Source of the DNA: Candidatus Komeilibacteria bacterium | GTDB lineage: Bacteria > Patescibacteriota > Patescibacteriia > UBA1558 | Direction of reading: 5' to 3' | NCBI GenBank assembly: GCA_048538235.1 | Contig: JBLYPX010000001.1 | Coordinates: 264,013 to 328,012 of the forward strand | Length of the DNA stretch: 64,000 nucleotides | In this document: positions 39,117 to 49,231 of the stretch, in pieces | Numbering within the stretch: position 1 is the first letter of the stretch | Layout of the letters: each line of letters opens with the position of its first letter | Program-made: the position numbers and the translations under genes | The notes under the pieces: generated by a model | The model's database searches: none | What the model was told of the DNA's origin: nothing | The model's input: the letters and a program-made list of their open reading frames with translations, nothing else

Positions 39117-39141
39117 GCACTTTTATTTAAAGTGCTTTTAT
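39117..39141 (+). terminator. rho-independent terminator
   Basis: AGCACTTT-tattt-AAAGTGCT followed by TTTTATT. Confidence 0.7.
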
Positions 39142-39162
39142 TATTGACAATATATAAATTAT
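39134..39162 (+). promoter_or_regulatory. sigma70-like promoter of the GC-elevated orphan gene
   Basis: TTGACA, 17-nt spacer, TAATTT. A strong SD AAGGGAGG precedes ATG 39211. Confidence 0.45.
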
Positions 39163-39210
39163 CTGTTAATTTAATATATTCATTGTTATTTAAAAAAAGG
39201 GAGGATAAAA

Positions 39211-40452
39211 ATGGAATGTGGTTTATCTTTATCGCAGGAGATTAAGCAAGAGCTGTCTCCAGAGCAGGCGCTGGAATTGAAGCTCTCTTTATCTCAGGAA
39301 TTAAGCCTGGACATGATAGAGCTTTTGGATGAATCAGATGACAATCCAGAGGCTACATTAGATATTGTTTTGCAGCAAGTTTGTAAAGCAATAGATAGTG
39401 AAGAGTTGCGAGAGGCTTTTCAGACAGTTTTTGGTCTCAATCTTCTTAGGGAGATTTTAATCAAAGATCATTTGGAATTATCTGTTTATTCAGAGAGTTC
39501 TATTCGTAGTACTGTTGTCAATTTTTTTGCGAAGATGTATAAGGATGGTTTTCCAGACTTATCGTCTTCAGGGAATAAATTGCACGATAAAGTACCTGAA
39601 GGTCTTGTCATCAAAGTGTTTAGTCAAGGCAGGGAGCAGAGTGAGAGAGATCTTAATTTTCTTAAAGAAACATTGAAATCTCAAACCGATTACAGAGGCA
39701 CGATGGAGGCATTTAATGAGTTATCTAACGCCATAAAGATTTTTGATCAGTATTCTGTTCAGGTAGATAATATGTGCAATATCATATTACATGCCTGTCA
39801 GGTTCATAATCAAATCTTAATCAGCTTCTTTCGTGACTTGGTGATGATCAAGCAACTGAATTTTCTGTTCGCAGAAAAGATCCAGAAGAGATTTGTTAAG
39901 AAATTTCGTCAGATCAGAAGATTTGACAGTACAGATTCTCTGGCAAATCATATGCTTAACACTATCAGTGAATATGTCCTAGTGGGCATGGGCATTGTTA
40001 GTCCCAAACTGTTTAGCTTAAGAGTCTTCCAGCAGGATCCTCAATATTTAAAAGATATTGATGAGAAGTTGGAAAAATCTGGTTTAACAGCAAAGCAATT
40101 GCTTCAGCATTACAACCTGCAAACTACTGGTACGGTTTTCTTTCACCGCTGGCATGTACTTGGTCATAAACTGACGCGCATAACAGATAATCTTATACGT
40201 TTGTTTATGACAAAGACTGTTCGTCAATGTGCCGATGAATTATTAACAGCGCTTGACTTCGAATCTTTGATTGAAGAAATTAAAGATTTGCAAGGGCAGA
40301 AATTAAAACCGACAGATTTGGATGTTGGTATTCGTGAGTTATTGGTTAAGTCTTTTACTAAGAAAAGCTTTCTTAGGTTAATAAAAGGTAAGATCAAGAC
40401 TGACTGGTACAGACATCTAGTCATATTCCTCAGAGAAGCTCCTACAAGTTAG
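39211..40452 (+). CDS. hypothetical protein in a GC-elevated orphan gene; N-terminus resembles sigma-54 region I
   Basis: 'LSLSQEIKQELSPEQALELKLSLSQELSLDMIELLDESDDNP' resembles the RpoN region I Leu/Gln heptads. No RpoN box or HTH. Codon usage (CAG/CTG/GAG) differs from neighbours. Confidence 0.6.
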   Translation: MECGLSLSQEIKQELSPEQALELKLSLSQELSLDMIELLDESDDNPEATLDIVLQQVCKAIDSEELREAFQTVFGLNLLREILIKDHLELSVYSESSIRSTVVNFFAKMYKDGFPDLSSSGNKLHDKVPEGLVIKVFSQGREQSERDLNFLKETLKSQTDYRGTMEAFNELSNAIKIFDQYSVQVDNMCNIILHACQVHNQILISFFRDLVMIKQLNFLFAEKIQKRFVKKFRQIRRFDSTDSLANHMLNTISEYVLVGMGIVSPKLFSLRVFQQDPQYLKDIDEKLEKSGLTAKQLLQHYNLQTTGTVFFHRWHVLGHKLTRITDNLIRLFMTKTVRQCADELLTALDFESLIEEIKDLQGQKLKPTDLDVGIRELLVKSFTKKSFLRLIKGKIKTDWYRHLVIFLREAPTS

Positions 40453-40494
40453 GGGCTTCTTTTTTTTACAGTGATTTGGTAAAATATATAAACT

Positions 40495-41751
40495 ATGAAA
40501 GTACAGACAGTTTGGAAACAAAGAAAGCTAAATTCATATAAAGGATATGTAAAAATAGCTGCAATTGGATCAGTTGTAGTTGTTTTTTTGCTAGCCGTAA
40601 TATTTATTCCTAAACTATTTAAGAGTAGTAGTGATGTTGTTGAGCAAGTAGAAGCAAGAGTGGTAGATAAAAAGGTTGAAGTTGAGATAAATACAGGGGA
40701 CACTTATGGAATAATTATGGAGAATAATTCTGTACCAGCTTCTATTGCTACTGAAATATATAATAAGTCACTAGAATATTACGATTTAGCAACAATTAGA
40801 GCTGGTAAGAAATTAGATTTCTATTATGATGGCAAAACAGATGAATTTATAAGGCTTGAGTACAAATTAGATTCAGAAGAGGAGCTTATAGTTGCTAAGA
40901 ATTTATCTACTACCGGAGAGGGTGAGTGGATGGTTACCAGACAATTAATTCCTTATGATGTTAAGGAAAAAGCTGTTGCTGGTGAAGTTAAATCATCTAT
41001 GTATCAAGCTGCATTAGATAATGATATTGATGAGAGAGCTATTATTGAGCTTGCTAATGCTTTCCAGTGGTCAATAGATTTTGCAATGGATCCAAGAGTA
41101 GGTGATACATTTAAATTTGTATTTGAAGAAAGATACTTAGATGGAGAATATATAATGCCGGGCAAAGTATTAGCTGGTCAATATATAAATGCTGGAACTA
41201 AGTATGAGTTATTCTACTTTGAGGAGAGTGAAGATAATAAAGGATATTTTGACACAGATGGTAATTCAGTTCAAAAGATGTTCTTAAAAGCACCGGTTGA
41301 GTTTAGATATATTTCATCTGGGTTTACAACTGGTAGTCGCTATGTAGCTGCTTTTAATGTTTCTACTGGCCATAGAGCTATAGATTATGCAACACCATAT
41401 GGTACTCCAATTAGATCTGTAGGTGATGGTACAGTTGTTTTTGCTGGTTGGAGTAGTGTTGGTTACGGCAATTTAGTAAGTATTAGGCATAATAGTACCT
41501 ATTCGACAAATTATGCTCACCAATCTAGAATAATAGTAAGGTATGGTCAAAAAGTTAAACAGGGTGAGGTTATTGGTTATGTTGGTTCAACAGGATTTTC
41601 AACTGGTCCGCATTTACATTATGAGATGGTAAAGAATGGTGTAAAGATAAATCCAATGTATGAGGTATTACCACCGGGTAAACCAATTTTAGATGAGAAT
41701 AGAGACAGATTTGAAGAAGTTATTAATAAATACAGGGAAGTGTTAGAATAG
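40495..41751 (+). CDS. membrane-anchored M23 (LytM) family peptidase
   Basis: N-terminal TM; 'HRAIDYATPYGTPIRSVGDGTV...GPHLHYEM' with HxxxD and HxH zinc ligands. Confidence 0.88.
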   Translation: MKVQTVWKQRKLNSYKGYVKIAAIGSVVVVFLLAVIFIPKLFKSSSDVVEQVEARVVDKKVEVEINTGDTYGIIMENNSVPASIATEIYNKSLEYYDLATIRAGKKLDFYYDGKTDEFIRLEYKLDSEEELIVAKNLSTTGEGEWMVTRQLIPYDVKEKAVAGEVKSSMYQAALDNDIDERAIIELANAFQWSIDFAMDPRVGDTFKFVFEERYLDGEYIMPGKVLAGQYINAGTKYELFYFEESEDNKGYFDTDGNSVQKMFLKAPVEFRYISSGFTTGSRYVAAFNVSTGHRAIDYATPYGTPIRSVGDGTVVFAGWSSVGYGNLVSIRHNSTYSTNYAHQSRIIVRYGQKVKQGEVIGYVGSTGFSTGPHLHYEMVKNGVKINPMYEVLPPGKPILDENRDRFEEVINKYREVLE

Positions 41752-41758
41752 AATTATA

Positions 41759-42337
41759 ATGAATATCATTAATACAATTTTAAAAGCAGGTAAGCTAGTA
41801 TTTAAAAATACAAGATATATTATTACTGGAATAATATTTGCCTTTTTGGTTTATATGCTATCTGTCATAACAAACAAGTCTGGATTTATTAATTTTACTA
41901 TAAAGTCAGACATGTTTAACTTTTTTACCAGAATAAAATTAATTACATCCTCGTTGTTTTCAATTGAGACTAATTTTACTTCTTCCTTATCTTTTTGGGT
42001 GATTGTATTGGTTGCTATTGTAGCTGGTATTAATATTGCTATGCTCGTATATTTATTAAGAAGGCAAGCAAAGGCTACTAAAGAAGCGGGTGCTAGTTTT
42101 TTTGGAATAGTTGCTGGTATGATAGGAATAGGTTGTGCAGCGTGCGGTTCAGTCATTCTAACTACACTGTTTGGTTTAGGTTTTACAGCTTCCCTTATTT
42201 CTTTTCTACCTCTTGATGGTGCAGAGTTTATGATCTTAGCTTTGCTAGCTATGATTATCTCTGTATATTATGTAAGTAAAAAAATAGTTAATCCAATGGT
42301 TTGTAAGCCTAAAAGAGCGTCAGAAATGATTGAATAG
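41759..42337 (+). CDS. hypothetical polytopic membrane protein with intramembrane 'GCAACG' motif
   Basis: Several TM helices; 'GIGCAACGS'. Confidence 0.5.
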   Translation: MNIINTILKAGKLVFKNTRYIITGIIFAFLVYMLSVITNKSGFINFTIKSDMFNFFTRIKLITSSLFSIETNFTSSLSFWVIVLVAIVAGINIAMLVYLLRRQAKATKEAGASFFGIVAGMIGIGCAACGSVILTTLFGLGFTASLISFLPLDGAEFMILALLAMIISVYYVSKKIVNPMVCKPKRASEMIE

Positions 42338-42460
42338 GTATAAATGTATAGATTTTACGTAAACGAGCTAAATAGCTCGTTTTTTTTGCTAAAAAGTGGT
42401 AAAATATATACAGAAGTGGTAATATATTATACCTATATTATTTAAGATATTTAAAATTAT

Positions 42461-44116
42461 ATGACAAAGAAGAAGATTATTTGGATTTCCATTATTGCCA
42501 TTATTTTGGTAATAATTTTAGGATCTGTTTTTGGAGGGGGAGATAAACAAGAACAATATGTAACAGAAGAGGCTGGTATTAAAGATTTAGTTAAAACTGT
42601 TTCAGCTACAGGTTCAGTAGAGTCTGCAGATGAGATAGACTTAAGTTTTTCTAATAGTGGAAGAATTAGTCGTATTAATGTTACCGTTGGTGATGAAGTT
42701 AAAGTTGGACAAACATTAGCTCAGCTTAACACTGCATCTGTTAGCGCAGATGTTGCTAATGCTAATGCAAGTGTAGCAGCAGCTCAGGCAGATTTAGATC
42801 AAGTACTTGCTGGTGCATCATCTGAAGATGTAGCAGTTACCGAGCAGCAATTAGTTCAAGCTCAAGTTAGTTTAACTCAAGCTAAAACTAGTTTGGATAA
42901 TTTGATTAAAGAAAGAGATGATAAACTATCTACTTACAGAGAAACAGCTCTTAATGCTATTGCTACTAAGAATTTTTATTCAAGAGCAGCATTAGATATT
43001 GTAAATACAATATTATCTGACACAGATGCTAAACCACTATTGTCTGTTATTAATCCGCAGTTTAAAAATCTTTGTGAGGGTAGTTATCCCTCATTAGACA
43101 ATAGATATTCAACAGTGCAAGCAGAATTAAATAGTATTACAAGTTTGTCATCCAATGACGAGATTTTAAATGGATTAGCAAACTTAATAACCTACCAGTC
43201 AGACATTGCTGGATTATTAGTTAATTCATATTTAATGCTAGAGAATAGTTTAACTGGTTCACAATTTACACAAACAGAATTAGATACATACAAAGCTAGT
43301 ATTAGAACACAGCAAACAAATCTAGACACAGCTTTAACAAGTCTGCAAACTGCTAAATCTAATTTAAGTAGTAATATTGTATATTATGAAAACCAAGTAA
43401 GAATAGCAGAAGACAATATTAATACTAAGGAAGAAGCTGTACAATTAGCTGAAGCTCAACTAGCTTTAAAGGAAGCTGGACCACGAGACTTTGAGGTGTC
43501 AATTTACCAAGCTAGATTGCAACAAGCACAAGCTACATTACAAACAGCACTAGCTAGACTTTCAGATTATATAATTAGAGCACCAATAGATGGAACTATT
43601 GTTAAAGTAGATAAAAAAGTAGGTGAACAAGCTTCACTTGCAGATACAATTATTACAATCATTGGTAAATCTAGTTATGAGATTGAAGTAGATATACCAG
43701 AGTCAGATATAGCGGATGTTAAAGTTTCAGATGAAGCAGAGATAACTTTAGATGCTTATGGTAGTTCATTGGTTTTTAATGGACATATAAGCTTCATTGA
43801 ACCAGCAGAGACTACAATATCTGATGTTGTTTACTATAAAGTAAGGGTAGCTTTTGACCTACCAGATCAGGCTATTAAACCAGGTATGACAGCTAATGTA
43901 GATGTTCTAATTGATCAGAAAGAAGGAGTTTTAGCTGTTCCAGCTAGAGCTGTATTTGAAGTAAACAATAAACAACAGATTAAAGTGCTTATAGATAATG
44001 AAGCTGTTACCAAGGAGGTGGTAACTGGTCTTAAAGACGATACAGGATATATTGAAATAATATCTGGTATAGAATTAGGAGATACTATTATTATTAGTCA
44101 GAGCAATGGACAATAA
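42461..44116 (+). CDS. efflux periplasmic adaptor (HlyD/MacA-like) with very long coiled coil
   Basis: N-terminal TM; beta-barrel/lipoyl motifs at both ends; central A/Q/L-rich coiled coil of about 250 aa. Confidence 0.75.
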   Translation: MTKKKIIWISIIAIILVIILGSVFGGGDKQEQYVTEEAGIKDLVKTVSATGSVESADEIDLSFSNSGRISRINVTVGDEVKVGQTLAQLNTASVSADVANANASVAAAQADLDQVLAGASSEDVAVTEQQLVQAQVSLTQAKTSLDNLIKERDDKLSTYRETALNAIATKNFYSRAALDIVNTILSDTDAKPLLSVINPQFKNLCEGSYPSLDNRYSTVQAELNSITSLSSNDEILNGLANLITYQSDIAGLLVNSYLMLENSLTGSQFTQTELDTYKASIRTQQTNLDTALTSLQTAKSNLSSNIVYYENQVRIAEDNINTKEEAVQLAEAQLALKEAGPRDFEVSIYQARLQQAQATLQTALARLSDYIIRAPIDGTIVKVDKKVGEQASLADTIITIIGKSSYEIEVDIPESDIADVKVSDEAEITLDAYGSSLVFNGHISFIEPAETTISDVVYYKVRVAFDLPDQAIKPGMTANVDVLIDQKEGVLAVPARAVFEVNNKQQIKVLIDNEAVTKEVVTGLKDDTGYIEIISGIELGDTIIISQSNGQ

Positions 44117-44825
44117 ATTAATTGAAGTTCAAGACTTAAAAAAAGAGTTTGTAAATGAAGAGGTTGTAACAAAGGTTTTACATGGTTTAAACTTTTCAAT
44201 TGCTAAGGGTGAGTATTTAGCCATTATGGGGCCATCTGGTTCTGGTAAATCTACTCTAATGCATATTTTAGGATTTCTAGATAAATTAACAGGCGGTAAA
44301 TATATTTTTGACGGTCAAGATGTCACTTCCTTTAATGAAGATAAATTAGCAGCTATTCGTAATGAGGAAGTTGGCTTTGTTTTTCAACAATTTAACTTAC
44401 TGCCAAAAACTACAGTTTATGAAAATGTTAAATTACCTTTAACATATTCCACTAGACTTGATCAAGATAAATTAGCAGTAGAAGCAATTAGAGCAGTTGG
44501 TCTTGATCATCGATCAGATTTTTTATCTAATCAATTATCTGGTGGTGAAAAACAAAGAGTGGCTATAGCTAGAGCTATTGTTAATCAACCAAAGATAATA
44601 TTTGCGGATGAACCTACTGGTAATTTAGATACGAAGTCTGGTACACAGATTATGGAAATATTTGAGAAGTTGAACGATAAAGGTCATACAATTATATTAG
44701 TTACTCATGAACAAGATACAGCTAATCATGCTGACAGAATAATTAAAATACGTGATGGTCTTATTGAAAGTGATGAGAAAGTAGAAAAGAGACGTTCTGT
44801 TAAAGAAGGTGAACTTGTTAAATAA
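44106..44825 (+). CDS. ABC transporter ATP-binding protein (MacB/LolD/FtsE-like)
   Basis: Walker A 'GPSGSGKST', signature 'LSGGEKQRVAIARA', Walker B 'IIFADEPTGNLD'. Confidence 0.92.
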   Translation: MDNKLIEVQDLKKEFVNEEVVTKVLHGLNFSIAKGEYLAIMGPSGSGKSTLMHILGFLDKLTGGKYIFDGQDVTSFNEDKLAAIRNEEVGFVFQQFNLLPKTTVYENVKLPLTYSTRLDQDKLAVEAIRAVGLDHRSDFLSNQLSGGEKQRVAIARAIVNQPKIIFADEPTGNLDTKSGTQIMEIFEKLNDKGHTIILVTHEQDTANHADRIIKIRDGLIESDEKVEKRRSVKEGELVK

Positions 44826-46066
44826 TGGTTATACTAAGTTTATTCAAATCTGCTTTTAAAAGTCTGAATATCAACCGATGGCGGGCTTTTTTAACAATGC
44901 TTGGAATAATTATTGGTGTTGCTGGCGTTATTATGATTTTATCTGTTGGTGCTGGTGCGCAGAGTTTAATTTTCAATCAAATTGAAAGCGCGGGTTCTAA
45001 TTTAGTATCCATATTACCAGGAGCTTCAGATGATGAAGGTCCACCAGCTTCTGCTATGGGTATTACAGTTACAACTCTTCATCTAGATGATTTAGAGGCT
45101 GTTTTAAATGATCCAAGTATGAATAATATAGTAGCTGGTGCTGGTTATGTTCAAGGAGTTGCTAATATTATTTACCAGAATCAAAAAGTAGATACAACTT
45201 TTGTCGGTACTTCTTCAACCTATCCAGAGGTAGAAAATACCGTATTAGAATCTGGTCGTTGGTATACAGATGTTGAAGACAGAAGTTTAAGCAGAGTTGT
45301 TGTTTTAGGACATCAGGTTGCAATAGATACATTTGGAGATATTGATCCTTTAAACCAGAAAATTAAAATAAAGAAAGAGATATTTAGAGTTATTGGCGTT
45401 GTTGAAGAAAGAGGAACAACTTTTTTTGGAGATTTAGATAACCAGGTATATATACCATTAAGAACTGCTCAAAAAATAATGCTGGGTATTAACCATATTA
45501 GTTCAGCTCGTTTTCAAGTAGATAAAGATGAAAATGTACCTTCAGTTATTGAAGGTGTTAAAAGAATTATTAGAGAACAGCATAATATAGATAATAGTGG
45601 GGTGGACGATTTTTCTGTTAGATCACAAGCTCAAGCTTTGGATGTTTTAGGCAGCGTAACTGGTGCTTTAAACTTTTTCTTAGCTGCCATTGCTGCTATT
45701 GCTTTATTGGTTGGCGGTGTTGGTATTATGAATATAATGCTTGTATCTGTGACAGAAAGAACAGCTGAGATAGGACTAAGAAAGGCAGTTGGTGCAAAAC
45801 CAAGAGTAATAATTATACAGTTTCTTGTTGAGGCTATTACCATCACATTCTTAGGCGGAGCTATTGGTATTATTGTTGGAGCTTTTGTTGCCGGTCTTAT
45901 TGCCATTGTGGCTAATTACTTAGGTTATTATTGGGAATATATTGTCAGTTTTACTTCAATTATTTTAAGTGTTGGTATAGCTGTTGCTATTGGAATATTT
46001 TTTGGGCTTTATCCAGCCATTAAAGCAGCCAAACTAAATCCGGTTGAAGCATTAAGATATGAATAA
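44825..46066 (+). CDS. ABC transporter permease, FtsX/MacB type (copy 1)
   Basis: TM1, large periplasmic domain, and three C-terminal TM helices typical of the FtsX fold. Confidence 0.85.
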   Translation: MVILSLFKSAFKSLNINRWRAFLTMLGIIIGVAGVIMILSVGAGAQSLIFNQIESAGSNLVSILPGASDDEGPPASAMGITVTTLHLDDLEAVLNDPSMNNIVAGAGYVQGVANIIYQNQKVDTTFVGTSSTYPEVENTVLESGRWYTDVEDRSLSRVVVLGHQVAIDTFGDIDPLNQKIKIKKEIFRVIGVVEERGTTFFGDLDNQVYIPLRTAQKIMLGINHISSARFQVDKDENVPSVIEGVKRIIREQHNIDNSGVDDFSVRSQAQALDVLGSVTGALNFFLAAIAAIALLVGGVGIMNIMLVSVTERTAEIGLRKAVGAKPRVIIIQFLVEAITITFLGGAIGIIVGAFVAGLIAIVANYLGYYWEYIVSFTSIILSVGIAVAIGIFFGLYPAIKAAKLNPVEALRYE

Positions 46067-47320
46067 ATGAACATAATTTTTCCTGTTAAAACTGCATACT
46101 TGGCATTAAGTAAACATAAAGTAAGAACAGCTTTAACTGTTCTTGGTATGGTTATTGGTATTGGAGCAGTAATTATGGTGATGGCAGCAGGTGAGGGAAT
46201 TAAGAATTATGTTACAGATCAAATCTCTAGTTTTGGAACGAATATTATTCAAGTTGAAGTTAAAACACCAAATGTTGGTAAAACATCTGTTCAGAATGCA
46301 ACTTCAATGGCTCAGGGTTTAACCATAACTACTTTAACAATGGAAGACGCGGAGGCTTTATCTAAATTATCTTATGTAGAAAAAGTAAACGTTGGATTAA
46401 TTGGTCAAGAAGTATTTAATTATGAAGGTAATACTAAAACAGCATTAATATTTGGTACTGATCAGAACTTTCTAGATGTATACAATATGTCTATTGCTAA
46501 GGGGTATTTTATTGATGAGTCACAAGTAGATAGTCAGGCTAGGGTAGTTGTGCTAGGAATAAAGATGAAAGAAAAACTATTTGGTGAATCTGAAGCAGTT
46601 GGTAAAAACGTAAAGATACGTAATAAGAACTATAGGGTAATAGGTGTTTTACAAGAAAAAGGAATATATTTTGGCATGGATATGGATACCATTACTATTA
46701 TTCCAGTAACTACTATTCAAAAGCAATTAATGGGAGTAGACCATATTTCATATGCTATGAGCTGGCTAAAGGATGATTCATACATTGAAAGAGGTATAGA
46801 TGAGTTTACAGAGATTCTAAGATCACGTCATAATATTGAAGAGCGTAATCCAGATAAATATGACTTTTCTGTAACTTCTATGCAAGAAGCTATGAGTATG
46901 ATGGATTCAATCTTGGGAGGTATTAGTTTGCTATTGATTGCTATTGCGAGTATTTCTTTAATAGTTGGTGGTGTTGGTATTATGAATATTATGTATGTGT
47001 CTGTTTCAGAAAGAACATATGAAATAGGTTTAAGAAAAGCAGTTGGTGCTACCAGTAAAAATATTATGAACCAATTTTTAATTGAGTCAGCTTTAATAAC
47101 TTTTGGAGGGGCCATTGTCGGTGTTGGTATAGGCGCCTTGCTTGCTTATCTAACAGCTATCATTGCTCAATCACAGGGCATAGCTTGGAGATTTAGCCTG
47201 CCACCAGAATCCATATTAATATCTGTAGGTGTAGCTGTAGCTATTGGTTTAGTCTTTGGATTGTATCCTGCTAAGCAGGCTGCTAAATTAGATCCAATAG
47301 AAGCTCTTAGACAAAATTAG
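46067..47320 (+). CDS. ABC transporter permease, FtsX/MacB type (copy 2)
   Basis: Same architecture as copy 1. Conserved C-terminal 'LYPA(I/K)(K/Q)AAKL(N/D)P(V/I)EALR'. Confidence 0.85.
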   Translation: MNIIFPVKTAYLALSKHKVRTALTVLGMVIGIGAVIMVMAAGEGIKNYVTDQISSFGTNIIQVEVKTPNVGKTSVQNATSMAQGLTITTLTMEDAEALSKLSYVEKVNVGLIGQEVFNYEGNTKTALIFGTDQNFLDVYNMSIAKGYFIDESQVDSQARVVVLGIKMKEKLFGESEAVGKNVKIRNKNYRVIGVLQEKGIYFGMDMDTITIIPVTTIQKQLMGVDHISYAMSWLKDDSYIERGIDEFTEILRSRHNIEERNPDKYDFSVTSMQEAMSMMDSILGGISLLLIAIASISLIVGGVGIMNIMYVSVSERTYEIGLRKAVGATSKNIMNQFLIESALITFGGAIVGVGIGALLAYLTAIIAQSQGIAWRFSLPPESILISVGVAVAIGLVFGLYPAKQAAKLDPIEALRQN

Positions 47321-47358
47321 TTGCTAGATACATAATTTGAATATATAATGTTGCTGTT

Positions 47359-47898
47359 ATGCAATTAGAAATAGAAATGAAAGCTAAGATTAAAAACAAG
47401 AAGCGCTTACTAAATAAGTTTGCGCTTTTAGGAATACATAATAAAAATAAGAAGCATTTTGTAGATATATATTTCTCTCCAAAGAATGGCAAAAGATTTA
47501 TTAGTTTTAAATCTCCACGTTTAAGAGTTAGAAAAGATTTAACTTCGGGCACAGCTAGTTTTGAGTACCATTTACCATCAGGTATATATGGTGGCAGAGA
47601 AAGTGAAGTTCAAATATCTGATGGAGATATGATGGATGTAATTTTAAAACATTTAGATTTTATTGAAGAGGTGAGAGTAGATAAAGTTAGAAGCTATTAT
47701 GAGTACAGACATTTCAATATTTTTATTGATGAGGTGAAAGATCTGGGTAGTTTTATTGAAGTCGAGATTATGAATGCTGCAAATAGAAAAACAGCAACTA
47801 AACAGATTAAACAATTAATGGGAGATCTGGGTGTAAGAAGAGATATTATACAAGACTGGTATTGGCGGATGATGCTGAAGAAAAAGAAATTAATATAA
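47359..47898 (+). CDS. CYTH-domain protein (CyaB/thiamine-triphosphatase-like)
   Basis: N-terminal 'LEIEMKAK' ExExK motif; later 'EVEIM' acidic strand. Confidence 0.65.
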   Translation: MQLEIEMKAKIKNKKRLLNKFALLGIHNKNKKHFVDIYFSPKNGKRFISFKSPRLRVRKDLTSGTASFEYHLPSGIYGGRESEVQISDGDMMDVILKHLDFIEEVRVDKVRSYYEYRHFNIFIDEVKDLGSFIEVEIMNAANRKTATKQIKQLMGDLGVRRDIIQDWYWRMMLKKKKLI

Positions 47899-47900
47899 TT

Positions 47901-47933
47901 TAAAACCCCTGTTAAGTTTTAACAGGGGTTTTG
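47901..47933. terminator. bidirectional terminator hairpin
   Basis: AAAACCCCTGTT-aagtttt-AACAGGGGTTTT. Confidence 0.8.
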
Positions 47934-48265
47934 CTTAAATAGGCGTTTAATTTGGCTGTGTTTTTTTCAGATAGTCTTTGAACGATAACACCACCGCATT
48001 GCTCATTACCTTCGATAAATGAGCCTACTTCTTCAAAAGCATTAAGGATACTGCGTGCATCCTCAGGAGTTGTTCCAAAGCTCTCAAAGTGTTCAATGTG
48101 AGCTGTTGAACCCTTAAGAAGAGAATTTAGTATGCGAGCACTAACTTTTTCTTGAAGTGTAGTTTCGCTCTCAAATTTCTTCAGCAGCTCTTGATAGGGA
48201 ACAGCATGTTCTCCGGTTGGTGTGAAAAATATCATAATGTTAAAGGCAGCTCGTTTTACAGACAT
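47912..48265 (-). CDS. hypothetical protein (GC-elevated islet, gene 4)
   Basis: AAGGAG plus 5 nt before the ATG. No recognisable family. Confidence 0.5.
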   Translation of the reverse strand: MSVKRAAFNIMIFFTPTGEHAVPYQELLKKFESETTLQEKVSARILNSLLKGSTAHIEHFESFGTTPEDARSILNAFEEVGSFIEGNEQCGGVIVQRLSEKNTAKLNAYLSKTPVKT

Positions 48266-48367
48266 ATTATCTCCTTGTTTCTAATGTGCTAGTTGTTTAG
48301 AGCATCTTATACTGTATTGCTAATTGTGTCAATTTTAAACCCCACTATTTCTAGCGGGGTTATTTGT

Positions 48368-48694
48368 TTACGCATTATGCGTTTCTGGTAATCCGGTAAG
48401 GATTGAGTTTGGAGCAATTGTTTTCAGCGTGATTGCAATCTCGTTCCATGCTTGAATTGTTTGATTACGCAAAACAGATTGTTCTGTATTGTCGTGAATA
48501 AACTCATTAGCCTTTACACCAGGGAAGCCTTCTTTCATTTTCCGGTTGTCAATCAAGGCCATAAGGATATTTGATTGTAAACCAGCTATCGGATTAGCTT
48601 TGGATGTAAGCGCGTACAACAAAGCTTGTAATTGCAAAATATCTTTAGATTTTGCATCAGCCTTCAACATAATAAAATCAGTTCGAACAGTCAT
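48368..48694 (-). CDS. hypothetical protein (GC-elevated islet, gene 3)
   Basis: AAGGAGA plus 4 nt before the ATG. No recognisable family. Confidence 0.5.
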   Translation of the reverse strand: MTVRTDFIMLKADAKSKDILQLQALLYALTSKANPIAGLQSNILMALIDNRKMKEGFPGVKANEFIHDNTEQSVLRNQTIQAWNEIAITLKTIAPNSILTGLPETHNA

Positions 48695-48777
48695 TTATTC
48701 TCCTTTTTTGAAATGAACAATAATTTGGGTTGACTCAGTATACATTAATTATTGTTAAGTGTCAATGGTAAATGAAA

Positions 48778-48804
48778 GTCCCCAGCTACTTTCGTAGTGG
48801 GGAC
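48778..48804 (-). terminator. terminator-like hairpin downstream of the Zn-ribbon gene
   Basis: GTCCCCAGCTAC-ttt-CGTAGTGGGGAC imperfect palindrome. Confidence 0.45.
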
Positions 48805-48815
48805 TTGAGTTTTCA

Positions 48816-49058
48816 TCACATTATGTGATGACAGTGTGGACACTCATCATCTTTTTGGAACTGAGTGTTGTCCTCATTGGCAATGCCACAGTTCGGACAA
48901 TGAACACCATAAGTGGTGGGATGTACATGGGTTCTGTTTGCAGCCATACGGAGATCGAGTTCAGTTATTGAATGGCCATTCAGACAGACATCGCCAACCT
49001 GAAATGATGAACCACCTTTTTTAGCAACACCGCAACCGGTGCGTGGACAATGAAGCAT
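48816..49058 (-). CDS. small Cys/His-rich zinc-ribbon protein (two CPxCG motifs) (GC-elevated islet, gene 2)
   Basis: 'HCPRTGCG' ... 'HCPNCG' ... 'CPHCHH'. AAGGAGG plus 4 nt before the ATG. Confidence 0.55.
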   Translation of the reverse strand: MLHCPRTGCGVAKKGGSSFQVGDVCLNGHSITELDLRMAANRTHVHPTTYGVHCPNCGIANEDNTQFQKDDECPHCHHIM

Positions 49059-49231
49059 ATAGCCTCCTTGGTTTGTGATTTTATTTATAGATGTTAATTT
49101 ACGTTTAATACTTACTATGATAGCATACTTTTAGTATTTTGTCAAGAGGTAAAATATGGTAACAAAAAACCCCTTAACTGTGGTATAAAACCAGTTAAGG
49201 GGCAATGATTCCATGTTTCAATTTATGTCTC

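Noticed and set aside
39211-40452. Calling the GC-elevated orphan a genuine sigma-54 (RpoN)
   Set aside because: Only the first roughly 45 residues resemble region I. The RpoN box (ARRTVAKYR), the HTH and the core-binding domain are not recognisable, and the protein is shorter than RpoN.
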